DNA of 64,000 nucleotides from Polyangiales bacterium (GTDB lineage Bacteria; Myxococcota_A; Polyangia; Polyangiales; Ga0077539): NCBI GenBank assembly GCA_046351535.1, contig JAXLYG010000023.1, positions 64,001 to 128,000 of the forward strand, read 5' to 3'. Shown piece by piece: positions 55,495 to 64,000 of this stretch (position 1 is its first letter; each line of letters starts with the position of its first letter). The notes under the pieces were generated by a model. It saw only the letters and a program-made list of their open reading frames with translations, ran no database searches and was not told where the DNA came from. The position numbers and the translations under genes were made by a program.

Positions 55495-55862
55495 CGCACG
55501 CCTCCATCGAACACACGTCCGACAGCATTTGCCTGCGCTTCGAACACCAGACCCCTTACCCGCAGCAGATCCGAGACACGCATCTCGACAGATGGGGCAG
55601 TGTCATCCCAGGACAGATATCCCCTGCCCCGATCGGCGCGGTCGAAGTCGACGCGCAAGCGGTCTCTCTGGGCAGCCGTCGCACTCCACGAGGCGATGTA
55701 GTGCGTCGGCGGAGTCCCCGGCGGTGAGCCAGCGGGCACCAGTCCCACGGCGAAGGTCCTACCCCCCGCGCCGGGAACCGCGGCCTCCGCGCTTCGATTC
55801 GCCGCGTCGCGATCGGTGGCCGACACGATGAGAATGACCCGCTGGTCGTATCGCTCGCTCAT
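55491..55862 (-). CDS. small hypothetical protein, translationally coupled
   Basis: MSERYDQRVILIVSATDRD…; 124 aa. ATGA overlap with the upstream LamG-like gene, and its TGA stop overlaps the ATG of the downstream 416-aa gene (ATGA). Confidence 0.4.
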   Translation of the reverse strand: MSERYDQRVILIVSATDRDAANRSAEAAVPGAGGRTFAVGLVPAGSPPGTPPTHYIASWSATAAQRDRLRVDFDRADRGRGYLSWDDTAPSVEMRVSDLLRVRGLVFEAQANAVGRVFDGGVR

Positions 55863-56635
55863 GACACCGTGATCCCGAAGTAGCCGCCGAGCCAGCGTTC
55901 GAGGAGCGAGCGCTCCGAAGAGGAGAGCGCCCGGTCGTAGACCATCGCCATCGCCACCTTCACGGAGGCTGCGTAGCTTACGCCGTCGGATGCAGCTCCG
56001 ATCGCGAAGGGGTAGTTGTTCGATCCGTTGTTGATGTTCACCCCCGACCAGTCGGTCGGAGCGCTCGTGTAGGTCAACGTGGCGCCGTCTTTGAACATTA
56101 CCGGGCGAGCGGGCGGATCGTAGACCACGGAGGTGATGAGGAACGGCGTGTTGGCGTCGTTCGTGTAGCAGTCGCCCTTGTCTGTGCTCGGCCCGGCGAA
56201 GTTGCCGACCGCGAGGTGCGTCCCCGCCGCGTCCCACATGATGGCGATATCTTTGTAGGACGCCGCCTGTCCGAAGGCGAGGACGTCTTTGTAGGCTCCC
56301 GTAGTCCCTCGCAGCACGACGGCGACGAGGGTCATCGGGCTGTTGGCGGCGATCCCCGAGGTGCCCACGAGGGAGTCGTCGACGCCATCAAAGACGCCGA
56401 CGGAGCGGTCGTTGAAGGCGTTGAGGCTGAACGTAGGCTTGGCTGACCCGCTGCTCTGCGTCGCGTCGTGAAGGTGGCCCGAGCGATCGGGGACCGACGC
56501 GATCGGGGTCGTGTCGGGGAGCCCCAGGGTGGTGAAGTCCCACCACCCGACGAGGCCAGAGATCGAGGCGGGGGAGAAGACGGGAGGCGAATGGCCTCGC
56601 GCGCGATCCCGCCCTCTCGTACGTCCTACGTGCAT
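55859..56635 (-). CDS. concanavalin A-like/LamG-like domain protein (tentative)
   Basis: SLVGWWDF… motif and beta-rich sequence; 258 aa; first gene of the island operon. Confidence 0.4.
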   Translation of the reverse strand: MHVGRTRGRDRARGHSPPVFSPASISGLVGWWDFTTLGLPDTTPIASVPDRSGHLHDATQSSGSAKPTFSLNAFNDRSVGVFDGVDDSLVGTSGIAANSPMTLVAVVLRGTTGAYKDVLAFGQAASYKDIAIMWDAAGTHLAVGNFAGPSTDKGDCYTNDANTPFLITSVVYDPPARPVMFKDGATLTYTSAPTDWSGVNINNGSNNYPFAIGAASDGVSYAASVKVAMAMVYDRALSSSERSLLERWLGGYFGITVS

Positions 56636-56924
56636 CGTCGTCTACTCTCCGGGTGGCGTGCGCGATGGTAACAGCGCCGCACGCGTTTGTCCTATTGGTG
56701 GTCTCGTCGAAATGGCGTGGCCCTAGCCGTTAGAGCGTCCGCACACGTAGAGCCGAAATGCGATCGACGAGATCCCCGAGGACGGCAGCTTGATCACCAG
56801 TCGACTGGTCGCGTGTCTTCCGCGATCAGGGTCCCACCTTGCTCCCTACTCGCTCGCGGCTTGTCCTGAATGGGATCGTACCGTGTCACCAGGAGGGCAA
56901 GACCGCTTTGGCCTGAGGCTGCAA

Positions 56925-56990
56925 CCCCTCCCACGACAGGGTCCGACCCCTCCCGCGACAGGGTGCTACCCCTTCCGCGATAGGGTCGTA
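56925..56990. repeat. three tandem 22-bp direct repeats in intergenic region
   Basis: cccctcccacgacagggtccga / cccctcccgcgacagggtgcta / ccccttccgcgatagggtcgta. Confidence 0.8.
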
Positions 56991-57103
56991 CAGTCACAGT
57001 GGAAACGTCTGGACAACTTCTTCGGCACCGGGTCGTCCATGACCCTCTCGGCGCTCTCGAAGAAAAGATGTGAGATCGCTTCAGGACGCCCGCGACACGA
57101 CCG

Positions 57104-57724
57104 TTGTACCCGGTGATGAATCCGAAGAGCCCCGGCAGGGGTGAACCTGCCAAAGAGCCGATCGACGGAACGCCGTCGGTGCGTCCGCCGCCCCTCGGGT
57201 CGGCGACGGTCCTGCGCAGCGCGGATCACGTCCGCGTGCCGCAATATCCTACGCAGAGCGTGGCCCAGCCCCAGGCCATCATCTCGGAGGACGTGCTCCG
57301 CCAACTGGGTGTCGCGCGGACGCGCACGCTCACCGCTGACGAGGCCCGCGCGCTCGTCAAGGTCCCCTCGGACCTCTCGCTCGTCATGCCCGAGCTCATC
57401 ACCCTCCTCCGTCAAGAGCCGGGGCTATTCTCGACCGGAACGGTCACGCCCGAGCTCATCGAGCAGACCCTCTCCCGTGTGGAGTTCCTCGCGCCCCGCG
57501 CTGCGGCGGTCTCCGAGGTCTCGAAGATGCTCGACGACCAGCTCTCGGTGGCGTCGAGCGACCTCGGCGACCTCGCCTTCCGCGTGCGAAGGCGGGTGTA
57601 CTCCCAGTCCGACGAAGATCCGAGCATCCTCGACCGCTGGGAGAAGGTGCTGCGCTACCTCGACCGCCTCGTCCCCGGTCCGAAGAATCCCCACAAGAAG
57701 GAAGATCCCCCCGCTCCGAAGTGA
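57104..57724 (+). CDS. hypothetical protein
   Basis: 206 aa. Balanced composition (…LVMPELITLLRQEPGLFSTGTVTPELIEQTLSRVEFLAP…). Confidence 0.4.
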   Translation: MYPVMNPKSPGRGEPAKEPIDGTPSVRPPPLGSATVLRSADHVRVPQYPTQSVAQPQAIISEDVLRQLGVARTRTLTADEARALVKVPSDLSLVMPELITLLRQEPGLFSTGTVTPELIEQTLSRVEFLAPRAAAVSEVSKMLDDQLSVASSDLGDLAFRVRRRVYSQSDEDPSILDRWEKVLRYLDRLVPGPKNPHKKEDPPAPK

Positions 57725-57846
57725 GCGCCGGCTTCGCGCCTCACTCCGCGAACTGCACGACGCACGGCGCTCTACCGCGCGTCGAGCAGTTCGCGGAGCT
57801 GACGGAGCCGCGTGCGCGCCCGCGGACGTGTGGCACCCTCCGCGCG

Positions 57847-58296
57847 ATGGCCGACGCGAAGCCGAAGGGCCTCCTCCGCGCGCTGTGGATCTACGTGTTT
57901 CCGCTCGTGGCGCCGTGGGTGATTCTGCTCGCCGTGAACGCGATGCCGCCCGCCGTGCCCCTCGCGCGAACGAGCATTCCCCACGAGCGTTGGCAGCCCG
58001 ACCGCTGCACCTGGGACTGCCACAACCGCGGCTGCCGCCACACGCCGAAGCTCCCCGCGATCCTCACGGGTGACCGCTCCATCTTCGGCGCGACGATCCG
58101 CGGGCTCTACCTCTTCGGCAGCCTCTTCTCGCGCAACCGCTTCATCGGCTACGGCATCGCGAACATCGTCTTCTTCTGCCTCGCGTGGCCCGCGCTCATG
58201 TACTGGCTCTGGGTGCGCGCGTGGACGCAGGCCGAGACGCTCCGCGCCCTCCGCGCTTCGAAGCGCGCGCTCGCTGCGAAGAACGGAGCCGCGTGA
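57847..58296 (+). CDS. hypothetical membrane protein
   Basis: Internal start MADAKPKGLLRALWIYVFPLVAPWVILLAV. Two or three TM helices. Confidence 0.4.
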   Translation: MADAKPKGLLRALWIYVFPLVAPWVILLAVNAMPPAVPLARTSIPHERWQPDRCTWDCHNRGCRHTPKLPAILTGDRSIFGATIRGLYLFGSLFSRNRFIGYGIANIVFFCLAWPALMYWLWVRAWTQAETLRALRASKRALAAKNGAA

Positions 58297-58490
58297 TGCA
58301 GCACCTCGGAACGGCCGTGTACGCGGCCTGCGTCGACTTCATGATCCGCACGGCCAACATGCTCGGCGTGACCTACCGCGACACCAACGCGGGGATGTTC
58401 TTCGTCCTGTGGCCCGCGGTGACGGTGATCCTCGCGGTGATCGTCGTCTGGCAGCGCATCGCGATTCGAAGGCTCTCGCGCGAACGGTGA
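58296..58490 (+). CDS. small membrane protein
   Basis: TGATG overlap with the upstream stop. MQHLGTAVYAACVDFMIR…FFVLWPAVTVILAVIVVW. Confidence 0.35.
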   Translation: MQHLGTAVYAACVDFMIRTANMLGVTYRDTNAGMFFVLWPAVTVILAVIVVWQRIAIRRLSRER

Positions 58491-58533
58491 AGGGCGGCCA
58501 CAGCGACGCGCGCCCGGTCTATCCTCGCGCGCG

Positions 58534-58977
58534 ATGGACGCCTCCGCGAAGTTCTCGCTCCTCTGTCGCTGCGGCGCGCAGGTGAAGTTCACCGACGCCA
58601 CGCGCGGTCACGTCATCGCGTGTCAGTGCGGCAGGCTCTATCGCATCCCGCACCGCGCCAACGGCTTCAACCGCACGATCGGCCGGATGAAGTGGGCGCT
58701 GCGATGGCTCATCTCGTGGAGCCCGCGCCCGTCGCGCGACAACCCCGTGGTGCCCTATCGCGAGGGTGCTCCGGCCGCCGCGTGTCCGCGCTGCGCGGCG
58801 GTGCCTACGGGCGATCCCGTGTGGCAGTGCGAGTTCTGCCACTGCGTGTGGAACACCTTCAAGACGGGTGGTCGCTGCCCCGGCTGCGATTTCGTGTACC
58901 CGGCGACGTACTGCCTCGCGTGCAAGGCGACGTCACGTCACAGCGACTGGTATCGCCCCGCGCCGCGCCTGCCCTGA
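58534..58977 (+). CDS. Cys-rich zinc-ribbon-like protein
   Basis: CxxC pairs: CRCG…CQCG…CPRC…CEFCHC…CPGC…CLAC. Confidence 0.4.
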   Translation: MDASAKFSLLCRCGAQVKFTDATRGHVIACQCGRLYRIPHRANGFNRTIGRMKWALRWLISWSPRPSRDNPVVPYREGAPAAACPRCAAVPTGDPVWQCEFCHCVWNTFKTGGRCPGCDFVYPATYCLACKATSRHSDWYRPAPRLP

Positions 58978-60419
58978 CGCTTCCGACGCCGGATGGCGAT
59001 GCCCGCGAGCGTCACGAACATCAGCGGGAGCGTGCTCGGGGGCTGCTTCACGGCCGCGCTTCGACAGCCGCATCCGGGCTCGTCGACCGCGTCGATCGGC
59101 GGCATCTCCGCGCGCGCCGCGTCGCCGAACTCGGGGAGTTCCTCGGTCGGTCCAGCGTCGTCGGCGAGCTCATCGGAGACGTCGTCTGCGGGCTCTTCGA
59201 TCGCGTCATCGCTCGCGTCTTCACGCGCGCCGAGGTCATCGATGAGAGCGCCCGCGTCGGGCTGCGACGTGTCACTCGCGATGTCGAGGAGGGTTCGATC
59301 GCTCGCGATGTCTGTAAGCGCGCGATCGCTCGCGATGTCACCGAGCGCACGGTCGCTCGCGACGTCGGCGAGCACGCGGTCGATCGCGAGGTCGTTCGTC
59401 ACGTCGCGCGCCACGTCGGAGACGGCGTCACGAGGGCCCGAGTCGATCGCGGCATCGCGCGGTCCGGCGTCGGGTACGCCCGCGTCGACGGGGGTGATCG
59501 CGACGCAGCTCCCCGGCGTGCGAGGACGTCCGCTCGCGCTCCCCGCGAAGATGCCCCAGTGGTTGGCCACGACGCGCTCGCCCGTCGCGTCACTCGGGTG
59601 ATTGAGCACGCCGCGGCCGCGCTGCCAGAGCGTCGTCGAGCCGCCGCCGTCGAGGTTGAACGCCTGCCACGCGCCGAGGAGCTCCATCAGCCGCGCCTCT
59701 TCGGTGCCGTACATCCCGGCGCTCGTCGAGGAGCGTCCGTCGACCGTGAGGAGGATGAACGTGCGTCGATCGCGCGTGAGCCCCATCGCCGTCCGCGGGT
59801 TGCGCGCGCGCATGTCCGTTCGATCGGGGAAGCACGACGACGCCGTGGGAGTCGTGCAGGTCACCCTGTGCCCCTCGGTGATGAGCTCGGGAAAGCCGCT
59901 CACGAGCGCCGTGAGACCGCGCGGAACGGCCGTCGTCACCGTCGTCGGCATCCATCCCGCGGTGACGCCGAGCGAGGCCGCGTGCTGCTTCACGAGCTCG
60001 GTGTGGGAGAACTCCACCGTGCGCGCGCCGAAGGCGATCCAGCCGTAGCGTCGGTAGTACCACTCGCCCGCCACCGCGGGATCGATGCCGGTCTGCCGCA
60101 CGGGCCACGCGACGCCGTTGCCGATCGCGTAGCCGTAGACGCGCGGTCCCGAGACGAAGAAGTCACCGTTGGTCGCGTCGGCGGCTCGCCCACGCGCTCG
60201 GCGGAGCGCCGTCGGCGCGCGCGTCGCGGTGACGTGCACGTAGTCGGCGCAGAGCGAGATGATGGCCGCGCGAAAGTCCGGCGGGGCCGCTCGTGCGCCC
60301 CTCGATGATGCGCACACCAGGGTAGGGCGTGGTCTCTCGACGCGAGGTGATCGTCTGCGCGTGAACCGCAGGCGCGGCCACGCAGAACGCGGCGCAGAGG
60401 GCGAGCGAGGAGCGCTCAT
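58938..60419 (-). CDS. phosphodiester glycosidase family protein (DUF2233/NAGPA-like) with MYXO-CTERM-like tail; 5' end possibly frameshifted
   Basis: …AFNLDGGGSTTLW… core. C-terminus GCGCRSAAVKQPPSTLPLMFVTLAGIAIRRRKRQ. The first roughly 90 codons in this frame are R/P-rich, whereas a good signal peptide (ERSSLALCAAFCVAAPAVHA-QTITS) is encoded in another frame at about 60240-60420. Confidence 0.5.
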   Translation of the reverse strand: MSAPRSPSAPRSAWPRLRFTRRRSPRVERPRPTLVCASSRGARAAPPDFRAAIISLCADYVHVTATRAPTALRRARGRAADATNGDFFVSGPRVYGYAIGNGVAWPVRQTGIDPAVAGEWYYRRYGWIAFGARTVEFSHTELVKQHAASLGVTAGWMPTTVTTAVPRGLTALVSGFPELITEGHRVTCTTPTASSCFPDRTDMRARNPRTAMGLTRDRRTFILLTVDGRSSTSAGMYGTEEARLMELLGAWQAFNLDGGGSTTLWQRGRGVLNHPSDATGERVVANHWGIFAGSASGRPRTPGSCVAITPVDAGVPDAGPRDAAIDSGPRDAVSDVARDVTNDLAIDRVLADVASDRALGDIASDRALTDIASDRTLLDIASDTSQPDAGALIDDLGAREDASDDAIEEPADDVSDELADDAGPTEELPEFGDAARAEMPPIDAVDEPGCGCRSAAVKQPPSTLPLMFVTLAGIAIRRRKRQGRRGAGRYQSL

Positions 60420-60484
60420 GACGGGGTGATGGAGGTTCTATCAGCACGCGCATCGCTCGTCGCCCGGCTCGTCGCCCAGCTCGT

Positions 60485-60680
60485 CGCCCAGGGTTCGCCC
60501 CGGGAGTTACGAGAGAGGGGCTCAGCCCGGGCTCCGCATCAAGGCACGGATCACCGTCTTCGACGGGTTCCGGAGAGGGCTCCGCACGGCTTTCTGAACC
60601 CGTCGAAGACGGGTGATCCGTGCAGGCCATAGCCCAGGCTGAGCCCTCTCTCGTAACTCCCTTGGGGCGAACCCTGGGCG
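60485..60680. repeat. nested long hairpin (outer arms about 45 bp, inner arms about 24 bp)
   Basis: Outer arm cgcccagggttcgccccgggagttacgagagaggggctcagcc pairs with ggctgagccctctctcgtaactcccttggggcgaaccctgggcg. Inner arm cggatcaccgtcttcgacgggttc pairs with gaacccgtcgaagacgggtgatccg. Confidence 0.8.
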
Positions 60681-60685
60681 ACGAG

Positions 60686-60832
60686 CTGGCCGCGTCATCG
60701 CGCGCGTCGCTGGCCGCGTCATCGGGCGCGTTGCTGGCCGCGTCATCGCGCGCGTCGCTGGCCGCGTCATCGGGCGCGTTGTTGGCCGCGTCATCGGGCG
60801 CGTTGCTGGGCGCGTTCCTGAGCGCCCAACTG
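60686..60832. repeat. 24-bp tandem repeat x6
   Basis: ctggccgcgtcatcgcgcgcgtcg alternating with ctggccgcgtcatcgggcgcgttg. Confidence 0.8.
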
Positions 60833-60868
60833 TGAGCGACGCGCCTCGTTCCGCTTGAGGCCCCGGAC

Positions 60869-61531
60869 TCAAGGCACGTACGTGCGGCAGCTCCGGGCGC
60901 CTGCGTCGGTGGCCTCGCAGCGCACGGCGATGGTGCCGCCGTCGGTGACGCTGCGTCCGTCCTGCGCGGCGCGTCCCTCCATTACGGCGCACCCGAGGGC
61001 GCAGCTCGTACGCGCGATGTCTTCGCAGCGCGTGACGGCCGCGAGGTTCGAGACCGACACGCCGCTCACGGGCTGCTGACCGCAGTAGCACCCGGCGGCG
61101 TACATCGCGCAGTCGGAGTCCGTGGTGCAAGCCGAGTAGTCGAGCGGAGGCAGCGGGCAGTTGGTCGGCGCGTCGCCCGTGTCGGTCGAGACGTCGGGCG
61201 CGTCACCCCGCACGTCGATGGGCTCGGCGCGGTCTTGCGTGGCGTCCGTCGCGGGGACGTCGCTCCCTCCGTCGCCCGCGCCGCACGCGCCCCTCGAGGC
61301 CCACGGAATCGCCGGAGGCCACTGTCCTCCGCCCATGTGCGTCACACCGTCGCAGCCGCAGAACGTGATCACGACGGCGTCGCCCGAGGTGTCCGCCACG
61401 CACGACGCCGCGGTCCCGCAGCCCGACGGATACCCGAGCACCTGCCCCGCGGGGCACTGCCCCGGCGTCGGCGTCGTCGTGGAGGAACACGCGAGGAGAA
61501 CAAACGGAATCAACGCGGAGAGCGACTTCAT
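60869..61531 (-). CDS. Cys-rich lipoprotein
   Basis: Internal start MKSLSALIPFVLLACSS lipobox. More than 20 Cys in paired patterns. Confidence 0.5.
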   Translation of the reverse strand: MKSLSALIPFVLLACSSTTTPTPGQCPAGQVLGYPSGCGTAASCVADTSGDAVVITFCGCDGVTHMGGGQWPPAIPWASRGACGAGDGGSDVPATDATQDRAEPIDVRGDAPDVSTDTGDAPTNCPLPPLDYSACTTDSDCAMYAAGCYCGQQPVSGVSVSNLAAVTRCEDIARTSCALGCAVMEGRAAQDGRSVTDGGTIAVRCEATDAGARSCRTYVP

Positions 61532-61710
61532 GACGCCCCGATCGAGCAACGCGCGGACCACACGCGGGGCCGTGCGTTTCCGCGGGTTTCGACGCGTCCG
61601 TCGGGCGACGCGCGACGCGCCCCGCGGTGCGATCGGCACACGGTGGCACGAGGCCGCGCGTTCGCTCGACGCTGGCAACAACCGCGACGGCAGCGGTATA
61701 CGCCCGCGCG

Positions 61711-63828
61711 ATGACCGAGAAGACCGAACCGAAGCCCTCGCTCGACGCCCTCCTTCGCCCGCGCTCCGTGGCCGTCATCGGCGCCTCGCGCAACCGCGGA
61801 ACGATCGCCGCCGAGGTGTTCCACAACCTCCTCGCGGGAGGCTTTCAGGGCGCGGTGTACCCCGTGAATCCGCGCGCGGCGGTGATCCAGTCGGTGCGCG
61901 CGTACCCCTCCATCGAAGAGGTCCCCGACGCGGTGGATCTCGCCGTGATCGTGGTGCCCGCCGCGGCCGTCCCCGACGCGGTCGAAGCCTGCGGACGCAA
62001 GGGCGTACGCGCCATCGTGGTCATCACCGCGGGCTTCGCCGAGACGGGCCCCGAGGGCCGCGCGCTTCAAGCTCGCGTGGTCGAGACCGTGCGGCGCTAC
62101 GGGATGCGCATGGTGGGCCCCAACTGCCTCGGCGTCGTGAACGCCGACCCCGCGGTGTCGCTCAACGCGACCTTCGCCACGGCGCTGCCGCCCTTCGGCA
62201 ACGTGGCCTTCTCATCGCAGTCGGGCGCGCTCGGCCTCGCGATCCTCGACCACGCGCGCGAGCTCGGCGTCGGCGTCTCGCAGTTCGTGAGCGTGGGCAA
62301 CAAGGCCGACGTCTCGGGCAACGACCTCATCGCGCACTGGGCCGACGATCCGGCCACGCGCGTGATCCTCCTCTACCTCGAGAACCTCGGAAACCCGCGA
62401 CGCTTCATGGACCTCGCGCGTCGCGTCTCGCGCACGCGCCCCATCGTCGTCGTGAAGGCCGGACGCACCGAGGCCGGCGCGCGCGCCGCGAGCTCTCACA
62501 CGGGCTCGCTCGCGGGTCTCGACGTCGCCGTCGACGCGCTGCTCGGTCAGGCGGGCGTGATCCGCACCGACACCATCGACGAGCTCTTCGACGTGGCGAT
62601 GCTCCTCGCGAACCAGCCCGTCCCCCGCGGGCGGCGCGTGGCGATCCTCACCAACGCGGGAGGCCCCGGGATCATGGCGAGCGACGCGTGCGAGAGCCGC
62701 GGCCTCGAGGTCGTGAAGCTCAGCGACGAGACGCAGCGCGCGCTCCTCCCGCTCGTGCCCGCCGAGGCGTCGGTGCGCAACCCCGTCGACATGATCGCGA
62801 GCGCCTCGGCGACGGCCTACGAGCGCTGTCTGCGCGTGCTCCTCGACGCGCCCGAGGTCGACATGGTGCTCGTGGTCTTCGTCACGCCCATCGTGACCGA
62901 CGCGGGCGACGTGGCGAACGCCATCCTCGCGGGCGCGAAGGGAAGTTCCAAGACCGTCGCGACCTGCTTCATGGGCCGTCGCGGCGTGCCCGAAGCCGTG
63001 CGCTCGCTGCGCGATGGACGCTATCCGTCGTACGCGTTCCCCGAGTCGGCCGCCGCGGCGCTCGCGAGGGCCGCGCGTTACGGTCGCTGGCTCGCGACGC
63101 CCGACGGCGAGGTCCCGGCGCTCGCCGCGATCGACACGGAGCGCGCGAAGAGGGCCCTCGCGTCGTCGCCCACATCGCGCTGGCTCACGCCCGAAGAGGT
63201 GCGCGAGGTGCTCGGCGCATACGGCATTCGAACGCCGCGCGAGACGGTGACCACGACGGTCGACGAGGCCATCGCCGCGGCCGACGCGCTCGACGCGCCC
63301 GTGGCGCTGAAGCTCATCTCCGACACGATCACGCACAAGAGCGACGTGGGCGGCGTGGCGCTCGGTCTCCGCGGCGGAGCGTCCGTTCGCGCGGCCTGGG
63401 AGGCCATGACGCGACGCCTCGAAGCGCTCGGGCGCCTCGATGAGATGCGCGGCGCGCTCGTGCAGGAGATGGCCCCCGCGGGCGTCGAGACCTTCGTGGG
63501 CGCGACGCGCGACGCGGTGTTCGGTCCGCTCGTGGGCTTCGGCCTCGGCGGCGTGCAGGTCGAGCTCTGGAAGGACGTCGTCTTCCGCGTCTCGCCCCTT
63601 CGCGACCGCGACGCCGCAGAGATGCTCGATCAGATCAAGGCGAAGGCCCTCCTCGAAGGCTTCCGCGGTTCAGCCCCCGTCGATCGCGCGGCGCTCATCG
63701 ACGTGATCCTGCGCGTGAGCCGGCTCGTCGAGGAGCTCCACGAGGTCGTCGAGATCGACCTCAACCCCGTCGTCGCGCTGCCTCGCGGCGCCGTCGTCGT
63801 CGACGCGCGAATCCGCATCGTGCGGTAG
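61711..63828 (+). CDS. acetate--CoA ligase (ADP-forming) / NDP-forming acyl-CoA synthetase family protein
   Basis: CoA-binding N-domain (SVAVIGASRNRGTIAAEVFHNLLAGGFQGAVYPVNP), succinyl-CoA-synthetase-like flavodoxin domain, and C-terminal ATP-grasp. Confidence 0.75.
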   Translation: MTEKTEPKPSLDALLRPRSVAVIGASRNRGTIAAEVFHNLLAGGFQGAVYPVNPRAAVIQSVRAYPSIEEVPDAVDLAVIVVPAAAVPDAVEACGRKGVRAIVVITAGFAETGPEGRALQARVVETVRRYGMRMVGPNCLGVVNADPAVSLNATFATALPPFGNVAFSSQSGALGLAILDHARELGVGVSQFVSVGNKADVSGNDLIAHWADDPATRVILLYLENLGNPRRFMDLARRVSRTRPIVVVKAGRTEAGARAASSHTGSLAGLDVAVDALLGQAGVIRTDTIDELFDVAMLLANQPVPRGRRVAILTNAGGPGIMASDACESRGLEVVKLSDETQRALLPLVPAEASVRNPVDMIASASATAYERCLRVLLDAPEVDMVLVVFVTPIVTDAGDVANAILAGAKGSSKTVATCFMGRRGVPEAVRSLRDGRYPSYAFPESAAAALARAARYGRWLATPDGEVPALAAIDTERAKRALASSPTSRWLTPEEVREVLGAYGIRTPRETVTTTVDEAIAAADALDAPVALKLISDTITHKSDVGGVALGLRGGASVRAAWEAMTRRLEALGRLDEMRGALVQEMAPAGVETFVGATRDAVFGPLVGFGLGGVQVELWKDVVFRVSPLRDRDAAEMLDQIKAKALLEGFRGSAPVDRAALIDVILRVSRLVEELHEVVEIDLNPVVALPRGAVVVDARIRIVR

Positions 63829-63839
63829 TCTCCGCGCCA

Positions 63840-64000
63840 TGCTCACCCCCTTCGCAGACGAGCTCTGGATCGACACGCGCGAGGGCAAGTTCCTCGGCGT
63901 CGAGACGGGCACGCGCATGACCGTGATCCGACTCACGGGCGGCGGACTCTTCGTGCACTCCCCGGTCGCCCTCGACGACGACACGCGACGCGCCGTCGAC
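63840..64000 (+). CDS. hypothetical protein (DUF4336-like?), 5' part only
   Basis: ATG 12 nt after the upstream stop. MLTPFADELWIDTREGKFLGVETGTRMTVIRLTGGGLFVHSP. Runs off the end of the window. Confidence 0.35.

Noticed and set aside
60522-61130. 202-aa minus ORF with (TRPATRPM)n and 71-aa + ORF with (LAASSGAL)n
   Set aside because: Both are just readings of the 24-bp tandem DNA repeat. Neither has a plausible start context, and the minus one overlaps the Cys-rich lipoprotein gene in another frame.

Overview
GC-rich (~70%) bacterial chromosomal window. Two exported proteins end in Cys-containing hydrophobic/basic tails resembling the MYXO-CTERM sorting signal, and there are many lipoproteins, an IPP isomerase type 2, Ser/Thr kinases and a c-type cytochrome with Geobacter-style C-x4-CH...CxxCH repeats; together these point to Myxococcota. 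Ordinary content: a giant multiheme cytochrome lipoprotein, PhzF, HtpX, fni (IDI-2), a YifB/ComM-like ATPase, an ABC-F ATPase, a hybrid sensor histidine kinase, an ADP-forming acetate--CoA ligase and several lipoproteins. The centre (about 16.2-42.0 kb) is a dense array of nine large paralogous cytoplasmic proteins that I cannot assign to any family. All share an N-terminal motif D-x-x-D-P-x-x-[FWY]-Y-x-[LIV]-P and a roughly 300-aa conserved N-terminal domain. Their C-terminal regions are variable, beta-rich and built from repeated modules of the form W...YxYR[VI]. Most are in one minus-strand operon. A signal-peptide-less S8 subtilase lies inside that operon. On the upstream side are a C14 caspase-like protease, HtpX and a Ser/Thr kinase; on the far side is a hybrid histidine kinase. 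Two paralogs look interrupted: one in-frame TGA and one frameshift in a G run. Separately there is a roughly 630-bp near-perfect long inverted repeat carrying an internal 49-bp duplication, and a nested hairpin followed by 24-bp tandem repeats. A roughly 4-kb low-GC island holds a minus-strand operon in which two genes share a duplicated 5' module (RBS plus the first roughly 12 codons, MKDMLKSWQE[KR]N), followed by small lipoprotein and orphan-like ORFs. Throughout the window many long opposite-strand or alternate-frame ORFs are R/A/G-rich GC artefacts.
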